Source: Bugula neritina (taxonomy: Eukaryota; Animalia; Bryozoa). Taken from it: a stretch of DNA of 64,000 bases. Where the stretch lies: contig OZ037767.1 of the NCBI GenBank assembly GCA_964035545.1, positions 9,372,581 to 9,436,580 on the forward strand, in the 5' to 3' direction. A program made the translations under genes and the position numbers. The notes under the pieces were generated by a model, which was not told where the DNA came from, did no database searches, and worked only from the letters and a program-made list of their open reading frames with translations. Below, in pieces: positions 23,701-36,458 of this stretch (the stretch's first letter is position 1; every line of letters starts with the position of its first letter).

Positions 23701-26700
23701 ACAGTAGTGTAGTTAGTAGAATACTCTGTATACAGTAGTGTAGTTAGTAGAGTATTCTGTATACAGTAGTGTAGTTAGTAGAGTACTCTGTATACAGTAG
23801 TGTAGTCTAGTAGAGTACTCTGTATACAGTAGTGTAGCCAGTAGAGTACTCTGTATACAGTAGTGTAGTTGGTAGAGTACTCTGTATACAGTAGTGCAGT
23901 TAGTAAAGTACTCTGTATACAGTAGTGTAGCCAGTAGAGTACTCTGTATACAGTAGTGTAGTTAGTAGAGTACTCTGTATACAGTAGTGCAGTTAGTAGA
24001 GTACTCTGTATACAGTAGTGTAGTTAGTAGAGTAATCTGTATACAGTAGTGTAGTTAGTAGAGTACTCTGTATACAGTAGTGTAGTTAGTAGAGTACTCT
24101 GTATAATATAGTAGTGTAGTTAGTAAAGTATTCCTAATGCCATTTAACTAACTGCGGGCATAAATGAGGCAGACCCACGAGGCTGAGAGAACTGCAGTCA
24201 CATAGATTGTATTATATTATCACAGTACATAATACTACTGCTAGTAGCTTTACAGCCAGCTAGTCTAGCCAAGCACTAACCAGTCCAGGTGCATTGATGC
24301 AACGCAAGTACAACATCAACACTAAACTAATGACTTTCAATGAGTGAATGATGCAGTTGGTTTGAGTTTGAAAGCAGATGAAGCTAAATTTGGCTGCTAT
24401 TTCAGGGTGAATATGATTTTGGCAGTACTAGAAAGAGTAACTAAGTTATCAAAGATGCACACATACACTGCACCACTGAAATATGCGGTTTAAAAGGCTA
24501 ATGGCTTTCTAGACTACATATACTATCTAGTATTCACGTGCGTGATGCACAGTCAAGTGTAGTTGGTATATCTACCAAGTACTGCCAACTACAATGTTCT
24601 AAGATACCTACCCAGGGCTGATTTATTCTGTACTTTGCATGAAACGGCCTCCCAATTTCCCAAACCATACTGTTCAATGCCATCAACCATTGCAAGCTCT
24701 TCACTAGCTTTCCAGTTCCGAGAATCAGTGGTTGAAAACAGAGGTTGAAATCCATCATTCTGTTGGTGAAATAACAGTCATTATCCTGACCATGTCATAC
24801 ATACTAAGATACTAGGAACAGTGCTACTGAAGTAGGTATGGTGTTTTCAGCTTACTTTTATCAATTAGAACCAATACCTACTGTATACAATTTTTATAGC
24901 TGCCCTGAAGAAGGTTGACTGTAACACCTCAACACAACAACGAGAAAGTTCAACAGCAAGGTCAACTGTGTTGGGTCACAACGGATGAGGAGTAAAAGAG
25001 CTTGAGAATGTAGAATGTAGATAGTGAGCAGACTGAGCCTGTCATGTGCTATGTAGGCTATGTATGTAAGAAGTATGTATTCCTAGCTTACTGATCTCAA
25101 AGCCATTGGTCATTCAATTGATTTTAAAACAACACTTCAGAATAGACAATGAAAATTAAGCAAGATCAATATTTTATAGGACAATGAAAAGATTTCCATA
25201 GAGTAGAGTAGAAATAGCTCTAATAATAGTGGTAGCAGTAGCAGCAGTAGTGATAGCAGTAGTAGTAGCAGTGGCAGCAGCAGTAATAGTAGTAGTAGCG
25301 GCAATAGTAGCAGCAGCAATAGTAGTAGTAGTAGCAGTAGCAGTAGCAGTAGCAGTAGCAGTAGTAGTAGCAGTAGTAGTAGTAGTAGTAGCAGTGGTAG
25401 TAGCAGTAGCAGTAGCAGTAGTAGTAGTAGTAGTAGCAGTGGTAGTAGCAGTGGTAGTAGCAGTGGTAGTAGTAGTTGTAGTAGTACTAGTAATAGTAAT
25501 AGTGGAAGCAGTAGTATAATGAAAGCAGTAGTTGTCTCCTTTTCTGACACGTTAGGAATATTGGCTATGTTAGCTTAGGACGTCAGTCTACAGTGATCAA
25601 GGCTACAATCTTCTAGTGAACATTTGCTTCTTTCACACAATGAATGGACTTTTTACTACAGTATTATATATTTTCATTTCAGCATCTGCTTATACACGAG
25701 TATAAGAAGATGCCTGGTGAAAGGCAAGCCATACTAGAGTGGTTGTAGCCATGCAGTGGTTTTACTGAGGGTTAATGTTCACCAAGTACTTCTTAGTGAT
25801 AGCCCAACAAAGCATTGGCATAGCCATGTGCAGGTGGAGCACTAGTACACTACTAGTATTGTAACAATGCTAACATATCACACCAGCACATCTAGCTGCA
25901 TATACCTCAGCTAGAAGTGGCAACGCACGATCAACCACCTTTATCTATTATACCACCTAAACTAATCCTTTCTATTTCACAACCGCAGTTGTTAGAGCGA
26001 TAACTTTTTAGATAGTCACTAGAATTTAAGGGCTGCATGATAGACTGTACCAAAACCTAGTAGCATACATATGGTTATTCGTTATTGTACACTGTACAGT
26101 ATTGAATAGCCAGTTAAAGATAATGAAGTTTACTAACCAGTGGCTCATAATCATGATCTGCCTTGTGATGACCAGACTCAGCTCCACAAGAATAGCACTA
26201 CAAGTAGGGATAAATCAATGTATACAACCATTAATACGGTGGAATGGCAACTTAGTATGAAGACTGGTTTATTAGGATCAAACATTACCATACTGGTTAC
26301 TGACTATCAATAATTGGCTATGCTACTTCACAACTTTGAAGAATTTCTATATTTAACCTGTAGCATTGCCATTATGGCAGGGCTAATAGAGAATCATAAA
26401 TCAAAAGCTAAGCCGAGTAGAGGCATTAGTAACACAGGGCCATTGTCTATGTCAGGTGTCCCCTGAAAGATGGTGTAAACTACAGTCACAAGTTATGCTT
26501 TAGTAGCCCAGAGAGGCAGGTGTTAACAGACACGTTAATAGTGACAGGCAGATCCAAGTGCCCTGTGATGGTGTCGGCTGCAGCTATTAGGCAAGGTCCA
26601 ACAGTACTTTAAAAAGGAACCTACAGTGTACTCGCTGCAATGGCCATATTGAGATGTTTCTACTCATAGTAATACCTAATATCAAACCTTGATCCTGATC

Positions 26701-28620
26701 CATAATCATAAATGTAGCTAAATCAATAACATCATGAAACTAAAAGCAAGCCATTTACAGAACGCTAGTGCTTGATGGTAATGTAATGTTTATTACATTC
26801 GATATCTTATTCACAAAGTGCATCAGATAACTTTGCATGTTTTTATAAATTCATCAATCACTGTATCAATATTGTAACTTTCTTATCAGAGCCTGATGGA
26901 GTGGGCATACAGTAACAACATGACAATTATAATAAATGCCCAAAGTTTACTGGCTTTAGGAGTAGAAACCCGAAAATATGTGCTTAGTATATATATCTAG
27001 TATCTTTAGAAGAGGTCTTAGCTATGGTAGCTCTAGAGTCTAGAGTATAGAAGATGAGCATACATTCAGTCTTAAATTAAATCAGCACTTTAGCAATAAT
27101 AGATAGGCTACAAAATAATTCTAACATTACATGATTAAAAATTATTTGTGGGTTCTATATTCTTTGATTTATGCTCTCGATCTTTACTGCTATTTTACTT
27201 TTATTCTATGTAACATCATACTAAACTTATCGACATTGTTATCAATCTTCAATTTCAAAGGTCTCAATAGTTGAAATAACATAAAGTTTTGAATTAAACA
27301 TTGTAATGTAATTGAACAGAGTTTGCTGCACCCTTTTAGTTTGGCACAAAAGTCCTACTACCACATTACTACCTACATTACTGCCTACACTACTACTACT
27401 ATTACCACCACAACTACAGCTAACAAAACTGCTACTTACACTACTACTGCTGCTGCTACAACTACTAGTATTACTACTGCTACTACTAGTTATACCACTG
27501 CTGCTACTATTGCTACTAGTACTACCACTGCTACTACTACTACTGCTGCTGCTAGTACTACTACTGCTACTAATATCACTGCTGCTACTAGCACTACTAC
27601 TGCTGCCACTTATATTATTAATATTGCTTCTGCTGCTACTATTACTACTGCTGCTACTATTACTACTGCTGCTACTATTACTACTGCTGCAGCTACTACA
27701 ACTGCTTCAACTACTACTGGTACTACTACAGCTGCTACTACTACAGCTGCTACTATAAAAGTGTCAAGCGTAATTAGTCAATAAGTGAGTCAGTTAGCAT
27801 TCATAAAATAGCTTTGCTATTGGTTTTTAGCTATACAGTTACTGTTAGCAGTAGTTTAGCCCCACAAACCAAGAGTGTGGTTAATAAGATAAGATAACAC
27901 TATTTATTAAATGCTGGACTTTGATAATAAGAGAAAGACACAGAGACACCATGCTGTTATTACCATCAATGTGGGTTAAAATATGAATATACTTATATAG
28001 TACCCATGTCAATAATTATAGTAATAAATCATGAATGCCTTTACTAGAGCTTAATTGGAACTACAATAACAAACATTAACTTGAAGTTCAACATTTACAT
28101 ACATTTACAATCAAGTAATTTTAATAAAGAGTCAATTTCTAGTTAATAATATTTACTTTTAGATTTGAAAATTATAAGTTTAACCAAAGCCGAAGGCAAA
28201 CAGTTATACTTATAGTAATTGTAAAGACGGTAAGTATAACATTAACAAACTTATAAGTATAACTATAAGTTAGACATAAAACTAAACTTGAAACATCAAC
28301 AACAAAAGTAAAACTAAAAGCCAATCAAAATGTATTATTGTATTCAGAATCATTATGATGATTATCATGTATGCTAATCATTATCATTATGATTATAATA
28401 AATATCATAATCATAATGATAATGAATAAATTTAATAAGTTAGAGTATCAGTAGGAGTATGATTATGCGTATCAGAATCAGTAAGAGTATGATAATGATG
28501 GTGTATGACTCTTAGTCTCGGGGCTCTCACCTCTAGGCAAAGTTCATAGTCGATACAGACATTGCATTTTATTCGAACGCTGGTTATTATACATTGGCAG
28601 TAGACACATTTAAAATCCAT
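20724..28620 (-). CDS. TADA2B: Transcriptional adapter 2-beta (Ada2b; ZZ zinc finger, SANT, SWIRM), 9 coding exons, ~488 aa
   Basis: Exons (minus): 28531-28620, 26138-26197, 24612-24759, 22712-23027, 22238-22443, 21980-22051, 21577-21826 (donor weak/uncertain), 21183-21381, 20724-20849. ZZ: CVYC...RIKCNVCIDYELCLECYSCGAESGHHKADHDY. SANT: WKASEELAMVDGIEQYGLGNWEAVS. Ada box: LGFLPLRDDFEREWDNDAE. Beta-type SWIRM end: LSETEKKLC...YMTIKTCILKDYLKR...ILTFLEHSGWI*. Confidence 0.93.
23460..24132. repeat. 31-bp minisatellite (AGTAGAGTACTCTGTATACAGTAGTGTAGTT), ~21 copies, TADA2B intron 3
   Basis: Head-to-tail units with no spacers. Confidence 0.95.
25221..25515. repeat. (AGT/AGC)n trinucleotide tract
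   Basis: Seen directly; produces spurious poly-L and poly-V ORFs. Confidence 0.95.
27355..27755. repeat. (ACT/GCT)n trinucleotide tract
   Basis: Seen directly; produces spurious poly-L and poly-T ORFs. Confidence 0.95.
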
Positions 28621-28639
28621 TTTGATAATCCCAGTAACT

Positions 28640-28950
28640 GATAGACGGCTTCACAAAATATCAAGGACAGAGCCTCGTCGGTCAGCGGTTTTATAAACGC
28701 AAATCCATTTCAATGAATTATTTAGTGGCTACTTTTCTATCACTCAGCTTTTTTATCACTCTGCTTTTCTTTGGCGTCGCTGACGTCCCTGTCCACAATG
28801 CATTTCTGTGCGTAACCTCTTCTCTTTTATTTTATGAATGTATCAAATTATCCACTTGTCGTCTTTTTGTTGAGTTCGGTTTGTCAAGCTCTGAATTTGA
28901 GACGTCATTGGTAGTTTGTAGAACAACTGATAGTTAGTTTCCGGGGTAAA
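28640..28950 (-). promoter_or_regulatory. Probable TADA2B promoter/5'UTR region
   Basis: Local CpG enrichment directly upstream of the ATG; two 7/8 CRE-like sites (TGACGTCC 28781, AGACGTCA 28900) and a minus-strand CCAAT at 28907-28911. Confidence 0.45.
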
Positions 28951-30177
28951 GGAACAACTCCTTAATATCTTATAAAATGACTTTGTTATCAATTACTAGG
29001 GAGATAACTTCTCAGATAATCTGATAGATGTTGGCTGTTTTGTTTGTTCATGCATCTAAAATATTATTTTTAAGCAATTAATGTTAAACTAGCTAGCTAT
29101 ATTGAATTTTGAATTTTATATACATCAGCTGTGGTCAGTTTTTGCTTTTAGTGCATAAGGTCTCTCAATTATGTTTACATATCTCAACAAGTTCCATAAG
29201 CTATATTTTTAACATGCTAATTGATCACTCATCAAACTGATTATAAAATAATTACATAACAATATTATGCTTATGTAATGGGTTAACTAAATATATATAT
29301 ACATAACCTATATTAGCTATACTGGCTCATACTATATTTTATATTACATAATTTTTTACAACAAGAATAAATGCTATATATAATACGAAGTTGAAATTGT
29401 TTTAAAACTTGTAAACCTGAACTAATTCCCTCATGTGAAATGAATAATTTAGGAGACTAGTGCAATTATATAATTGTGATTTATATTCTTGTTGTTACGT
29501 ATAACTAGTAAAAGGGTTGTATACAGGCCCGCTACAAGCTGCATAATATGCGCAAGCTATCCAGAACTATACTACTATTTGAAATCCACTTAATTAATTT
29601 TAGATCTATTAAATATACCGTGTAATTCAAATTATCAGGATTATCTTTGGGCTAGTGAAAATAATATCGTGCTAGCTTTAAGAATTGACAACAAAAACAT
29701 GATATAATTATCTATTATTCTGCTAATTGGATAGTTATTGGTATCAACACACAAGATTATACTTAACTTTTTTATCTTACAGAAAAAAAATATGAGAACC
29801 TGTTCAATATATTTATAAAAAGCCTATTAAATTTTCAAAAACAAATATTGCTCATGAAACATTAATACAGCAAAATTACTGAAAGTAACACTTCCTTGCA
29901 AAGTTGATTGTCTATTAACTTTGCAAAGGAGTGTCACTGCAAATAATAAACATTAGTTTTTATTGTTTTTAGAAAAAATATATGCTTTAGAAAATTTAAT
30001 ATACTTACATTGCTTTTTAAGTAATTTTGATATAACATAATTTGCTAATTTCTTGCCACCCGCGCAGGACCACTGCACTGAAAGGTGACCATAATTTGCT
30101 AAATTGTTTTTTTTTAATTTTTATAATGCATCTTTTATTTAAGATTTATTAAATGGATATAGCAATCTCTGGGTATA

Positions 30178-31537
30178 GGAGTAACGGGAGGGGGGGAGGG
30201 GGGGAGGGGGGGGGGCACAACGGTTATAGGGGTGCAAAAAGCCGGCCAAATTGTGAGAGAACTTATTGACTTAGAGTTGTGATTTTTTTTTCATAAAAAG
30301 ATATTGACATAATTATTCAGCCTTTGCAGTTTCAACACTTGCGGAACATACGTGTTGAAAAGGCGAGTAAAAAACTGTTTTTACGTACTTTTTGTAAATT
30401 TTTTAGGATGTCGTTGAAGCCTTATAACTTTTTACACTCAAAGGCAAGAAGCCTAGATTTTACTAATATTGTTGCCATTGCTAGTCTCTACAATGCTTAA
30501 CTAGTATAACAGCAAACACTGAAATAAATTTTCCTTAAGGCACATTTATTTCCAATTTGGCCACACGGGGCACAATGGGCCACGCTGACCGGGGCACAAT
30601 GGGCCACCTGATTATTGCACCCTGATCACTGTTATTAATAGTTTGTTTGCCCAAAAAGTTGGTTGAACTGTTACTAAAATCTATAAATATAGCCATGTCT
30701 GACCTTTTTGTAAAATATCAAAAGATATCATGGTAAGACTACAAAACTACAAGTTGAAGCTCCCCTAATACATACATCTGGTGAGGTTAAAGCTTTGCCA
30801 TTTTATACATAATACAAAACACTCTGCTGTTGCTACTAGTAGATAGTCATGACGATAATCATTATATATTACACCATTGAGGGAATATACATGCATTTGA
30901 CTGAAATAAATTGTGATTTGCTCATTTGCTCCCCCCTCTCCCTTCCGTACTCCAGTCACAAACCTCAGCCATGCATGCACCTTAGCTACAGTTCATTGAA
31001 AAAAGTTCACGTCTCAGAATTTTGTAGTACATTTTAGTAAAGTTTTTTTTTAATAAACGTTGCTCTGAAGTGAAAATAACAAAACATTTTTAGTTTTAAA
31101 CAGTAATGACAATGGCACTGCAGAACCGAGTGACGTGCGTTTGATTTTGCCTTCCTCTGCTATTGGTAGTGGCACAAACTGTACAGCTAAAACATGAATT
31201 TTGCTGTAGATCTGAAAGAGTATCTTTATTTATTTGTATTATTAAATAAATAAAGATCAGATATAACAAAATACGCAAAATTTCAATATATTTGTTGTGT
31301 CCCACCCAGTGGCCCATTGTACCCCGGTACCGGGGCACAATGGGCCAATTTTTTCGTCATGAAAATTTCATTATTCTGAAAGTTGTGAAAGAGATAGAAA
31401 CAACAAACTGGTACCTGTAATAGACAACAGATGTAGCATAAAGACTAGAGATTATTGAACTAGTAACTTGAAAAACAGACGAATGAGAGCAACAAATGCA
31501 AAATTCGGCCCGTTGTGCCCCCCCCCCTCGTTACCCC
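30178..31537. mobile_element. ~1.36-kb non-autonomous TIR element (TA-flanked, probably TcMar/pogo-like)
   Basis: TA|GGAGTAACGGGAGGGG...GGGGCACAACGG and CCGTTGTGCCCCCCCCCCTCGTTACCCC|TA. Internal repeated GGGGCACAATGGGCCA motifs at ~30567, ~30591 and ~31332, plus an inverted copy at ~31310. Confidence 0.8.
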
Positions 31538-32944
31538 TACATACATACAACAGTTTACAACAAAAATTGCAAAAATGTCCCATTAAAATAGTTTATTAAA
31601 TGCAATTTACCCCAAAAGGAAAATAATTTATTTGCAGTTCTATAATTTTTAACATTAGCATGTTATAAAATCAAACAGTGCTTACAGATTTACCAAATTC
31701 TGAAATATAAGTTTTAGTCAATCTAAAGTTATAAGAAACAGTTAGCCGGAGTTCTTGAATTTTTATAAGCCTAACTGCACCAGGATCAGAGAATTATAGT
31801 TATATATCAAGGTTGTTTTCAGTAACTTAGAATACAGTGTATGCAGTCAATTAAACTTATGGAGTAAAATTGGTGCCAAAATTCCAAAACATAATATAGC
31901 AACCACACCCTTTTCTAAAGTAGAAACCACATCTGAATCTTTCAACTTCCAGACTGAAATACAAAGATACTATACTCTAAAATACTAATTCATTGTTCAA
32001 CTGACCATTCTGTAAATACTACTAAATGCATGTATTAGTCACAAATATTCAGCATATATAATAACATTTTTAAAATATGCACACTTATTTATTACATATA
32101 TTTAGTATACATGGCCACTTTTGTTATCATGATAAAATGTTAATGTGTATACTCTTTAATGCATTATGATTTATTTACAATCCTTATAATAAAACAAAAA
32201 GTGACATATGTTAGATAATAGAATGCAATAAATGAACATTATATAAAAGTTTAAAATAATATCTAGTTTTTCTTTATAGTATAAAGAAAACATGGAAAGA
32301 TTAACTTTAACTTAAGCTCAAAAAGTGAATGAAATAGTAAACAACATGCAGGCTAGTGAAGCAGTCATTGCAACTCTGGAAAAATTAATTTTATATTCAA
32401 CGCTTAGCAGCTACATAGATTGCTGAAGAAGAGGTAGTCAGCCTACACAGACACTAAAACAGCATCAATTCATATCACAGTTGCACATTCAACTACACAT
32501 CAAGTTACCTCCTTCAGTTTATAGTTGAGAAAAGCTAGTTTTCTGCTGATAAAATTACATCTTATAATAAATATTAAGTTATCAGCATTTTTATATTTAA
32601 TTTATATACAAATTAAAACTAAATCACTTACTTTCAAAAAAAATTACTCATGAACTCTGCCCATTATCTTTTACCATACATGTTTTTATTAATCAAATCA
32701 TCTAGTTTACTTAAAGCTAAAAAGAGATAATAACTCCATAGCATTCTTCAATGCGCATGCAGTGTAGGATGTATAAGATAGTAATTCTGATAATTCAGAA
32801 CTAGTGATAGCATATATTACATAGTTTATTATGGTGAAGAATATATTATACAGAGATGCTTAGTTATACTCTCATATAGACTAGTGATTAGAAATATCGG
32901 TACAGCAGATTGTAATCACGGAGGTGTGGATTGCTTTTACAGTG

Positions 32945-35900
32945 TTAATGTGTGAACAGATGTGGAGAGTTGGGAGTACGACTACTATTCACTACATATT
33001 TTGGATGACTCTGTTTTGTTAATGAGTTCATCTGCATTTTAGGAAGTTTTTGGGCTGATGCAGGCCGAGGACTACTAGGAGGGGACAAATCTTCATCTGT
33101 TACAATAATTTCATCCTCATCCTCTATCACAGCAGGAGCAGGCTCTGTTACTCGGGAAGATAACTCTAAATGTTCCCTTTTCTGTTTTCTCCACTTGGCT
33201 CTTCTATTTTTAAACCAGACCTACAATTTTTAATCAAAATTCAGACTTGAAAGAAGTTATGCAGTTAATAGTGAAGTTGAACTATTTCACGATATATGTT
33301 ATTATAAAATGTTCATGTTAAATGATATTATGCATGCCTATAACTGCCATGCTGTTTTTTGTTATATAAAATACTAAATTGTTTATTTTTGGTGCAAATA
33401 ACAAAGCCGCAGGCTATTTTCTTTGATAGTTGTAGTTCTTTGTACTATCGAGATTAAAATGCTGGACTTATAACAAATGCTTATAGGAGTGGTTGTAAAC
33501 TAGCATAAAGAATTTTGCTTGTTGGAACTAAAAGAATTGTTTTTTTCCACTAGGTTGTCACTATTAGACAGTATTTTGCAAATATATATCAAACATAAAA
33601 CAATTTAAATAATTTGTTGTATTATTATTTTGTTACTATGTAAGGTTTTAGAGATTAAGTTATCAAAAGTATATTCTCTCTCTCCTACTAAACAAAATAA
33701 CAAGTCTTATACCCAATAAACATATTTGTGACACTATTCATCATAATCCTATAAACCTTTTGTAGAAATGGTAAAATAATTTAAATCATTAATTTACAAA
33801 ATCCAACATTAATACTAGAATGATTGACTAGTTATAATCTCTTAGTGTTTGAAAAGTTTAGTTATGAATATTCGGATATAGCACATAAATGCATTTGATG
33901 GATTGCCTATAGCTGGGTAGCTGTGTATTTCCTTATAAACCCCTGCGTAATGTTTTGTTTCCTTGCCACTGTTGGCTACTATCAGTACACAGTATGCTTA
34001 AAGTCCTAATAACTTATTACAGAGTTATTTTTATACTATTTTGCTACAATATATGATGAATCATGGTTACTAACTAACATAAGTACTGGCTAGATGAATC
34101 GCACTCATAGAAGGATGTAAAAGGATTTGTGTTGTTTAAGAGTATAATATCTTACCTCCACTCTTTCTTCTTTCAGATCTATTTTTATAGCTAGCTCTTC
34201 CCTAAGCAGTACGTCTGGATAATGAGTCTTCTGGAAGGTTTTCTCTAGCTCATCCAGCTGCTCTTCAGAGAAAATAGTCCTATGCCTTCTCTTTCGTTTC
34301 TGGCCAGTTCTAGGCAGGTCTGAGGGCAGATAAGAACCTAGACCTGTGTAGCCTACAATATTGCCATTCATATAGTTATGTGATAGTTATATTCAAATTT
34401 GCCTATATTCAGGACTGAATTTAAGCATGTTATACTAGATAGGATACAAGTTGACAAAGTCATACAGCTGATTGTATGATATATATGCTAAGATTTTTAT
34501 CACTTGTAACCTTTATGAAATGAAATTTTACATTAATAAATGATTAGCTAGTCTATTTTTATTATTTGATGAATTGTATAACATAAATTGTTTCATGTTG
34601 AAATGAAATGTATATTAATCTCATATACCTATAGAATAGGAAGAGTTACAATTAAAATATGAACAAGTAACATTTGTTTCAGACTGAACCAACTTATAAC
34701 ACGGAGATATAGATGTAAACATTAGGAATAGGCTGTAATACACAGGTAGAACTTGCGAGTAACAGCAGTACACAGGTAGAACAGACTAGTGAGTGACAGT
34801 AATACACAGGTAGAACAGATGAGTGACAGTAATACACAGGTAGGACTAGTGAGTGACAGCAGTATGCAGGTATAACAGGTGAGTGACAGTAGTACGCAGG
34901 TAAAAATGGTAAGGAACAGAAGCTTTTGAAAAAGTTGATGGTATAAAGAGTTTTAAAGTTTCATGAAGGCGGATTATCTTGAAGTGATTCAACACCTGGT
35001 CTGCACTAACTGGAGAAGTGTGAATATGGCTGAGGCACAAGTGTGAGGTAAAGGTACATAACAAGTAGATAATTTATTTATTTAGGGAGTAATAGAGTTG
35101 AGTGTTCACATATCTGGTAGAGTGCATTGGTGTTAACACAAGTGTGTATATGAGAGGGGTAATAGTAGGCTACAATGTTTATAGAGTGTTCTGTAAATGA
35201 TTTCTAATCCAACTATAGAATTATTTACATAAAGACAGTTTAACTGCATTAGAAGTTTGATGGCCAGCTCCTGTTTATGTTGCACAGAGAGAGAGCAAAT
35301 ATTGTCGTGTTTGTATTTCATGTGTGGTCTAAAGCTTATCCATATACGTTAACACTTTGTCAAATGTTTGAGAAGGCAAGGTTTCCCATTACCCTCAATA
35401 TACTAATGTGTCATGCATTATTCTAACCACCATCTACAACCTTTTGTCATAAAATAGTTTTTATTCTTCTAATCTGTTTAGTTTTGGACAATTTAGAGCA
35501 AATTTTGCCATAATGCTTTTCAGGGCAAACAAAAAAGCCCAACCCTCAATGACATCATGAGCTAGGTTGGTTTGGAATTCGCAGGTGTGTCACGAGCTTG
35601 CTCTAGTTTCAGAAGAGCAGTCTGAAATATCCGTTTAATTAAATCAATATTTTGTATAATGCTTTGTTTCTTAATTACAATAAATTGTTAAATTGTTTGT
35701 TGACTGTTATTCACAGAGTCTCTATCACCATGACTGACTTCTCATTAATCCCCTAATTACCCACTTATAGATTTAAATCACCAATTTAATCATTACACTT
35801 GCTGTTTTATGCACATAATTATTCAAATCTTTGCCCATTCTGTATGCTCAACACTTTATCTCTATATTTAAAGTCACTAATCTCATTTTAATCACTTTTA

Positions 35901-36458
35901 GATGATAAAAACAAACACTGTTTGAAATGACAAATGGCCCGCAGCAGAAGATGGCTGTTGGTGGTGATTGGTTGATACACTGTAACGTCTGCTCAGCTCT
36001 GAGGCGTCTGCTAGAGCAACCTGCCATGTATATTATGCCTTCTTATTTGGATTAGGTTTGTGGATTATCAGATTATTGTTTATCCTCATGACTATAATCC
36101 ATAAGAGTTCATTAGACTATAGGCAAGGTAAATCCCTTACCTATAGCTTATGCTATTACATAATAACGACTGTCTATGATATTTGCTTACCAGACACTAA
36201 GTCGTGCTGCGATGGCATGTGAAAAGTCTGCGAACTTGCAGAAGGGAAATAAGGGAAGTAGCTGGCCGGTGCTAATGATCGTGTGAAAAGAGGTCTCGGA
36301 ACTATAATGTTATCCATATTTAAAGTATTGGCCTGTGAGGTTGAGGCGGGCAGAGAAGAGAGATCTGCTGTGATAGGACTGAGTTGGTGCTGCTGAGCTA
36401 CTAGCGCTGTCTTGAGCAACTCGGCAGAGTACTGGTAGTACGGGTTCAGGTAGTTCAT
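32945..36458 (-). CDS. gsc: Goosecoid homeobox protein (paired-like, K50), 3 coding exons, ~246 aa
   Basis: Exons: 36191-36458, 34156-34352, 32945-33220. Homeodomain [48 protein letters not shown]|[15 protein letters not shown] has Gsc-type RRHRTIF/EERVEVWFKNRR, K50 and the typical paired-class intron position. ATG at 36458; the ORF-track start at 36476 is a GTG, and an acceptor lies at 36487-36488. Confidence 0.95.
34735..34902. repeat. Degenerate ~30-bp tandem repeat (GAGTGACAGTAATACACAGGTAG...) in gsc intron 1
   Basis: About 5-6 diverged units. Confidence 0.75.
35740..36100. promoter_or_regulatory. Candidate gsc intronic enhancer: cluster of K50 homeodomain sites
   Basis: TAATCC/GGATTA at 35746, 36049, 36062 and 36095, plus TAATCT-type sites at ~35878 and 36070. 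Confidence 0.45.

Noticed and set aside
23460-24132. 31-bp palindromic repeat array resembling CRISPR
   Set aside because: No unique spacers, no cas genes, and located in a eukaryotic intron.
25137-27784. Poly-Leu, poly-Val and poly-Thr (mucin-like) ORFs
   Set aside because: Translations of intronic trinucleotide tracts inside TADA2B.
28713-28937. 74-aa plus-strand ORF divergent from TADA2B
   Set aside because: No recognisable motif or downstream exons; overlaps the probable promoter. A divergent non-coding transcript cannot be excluded.
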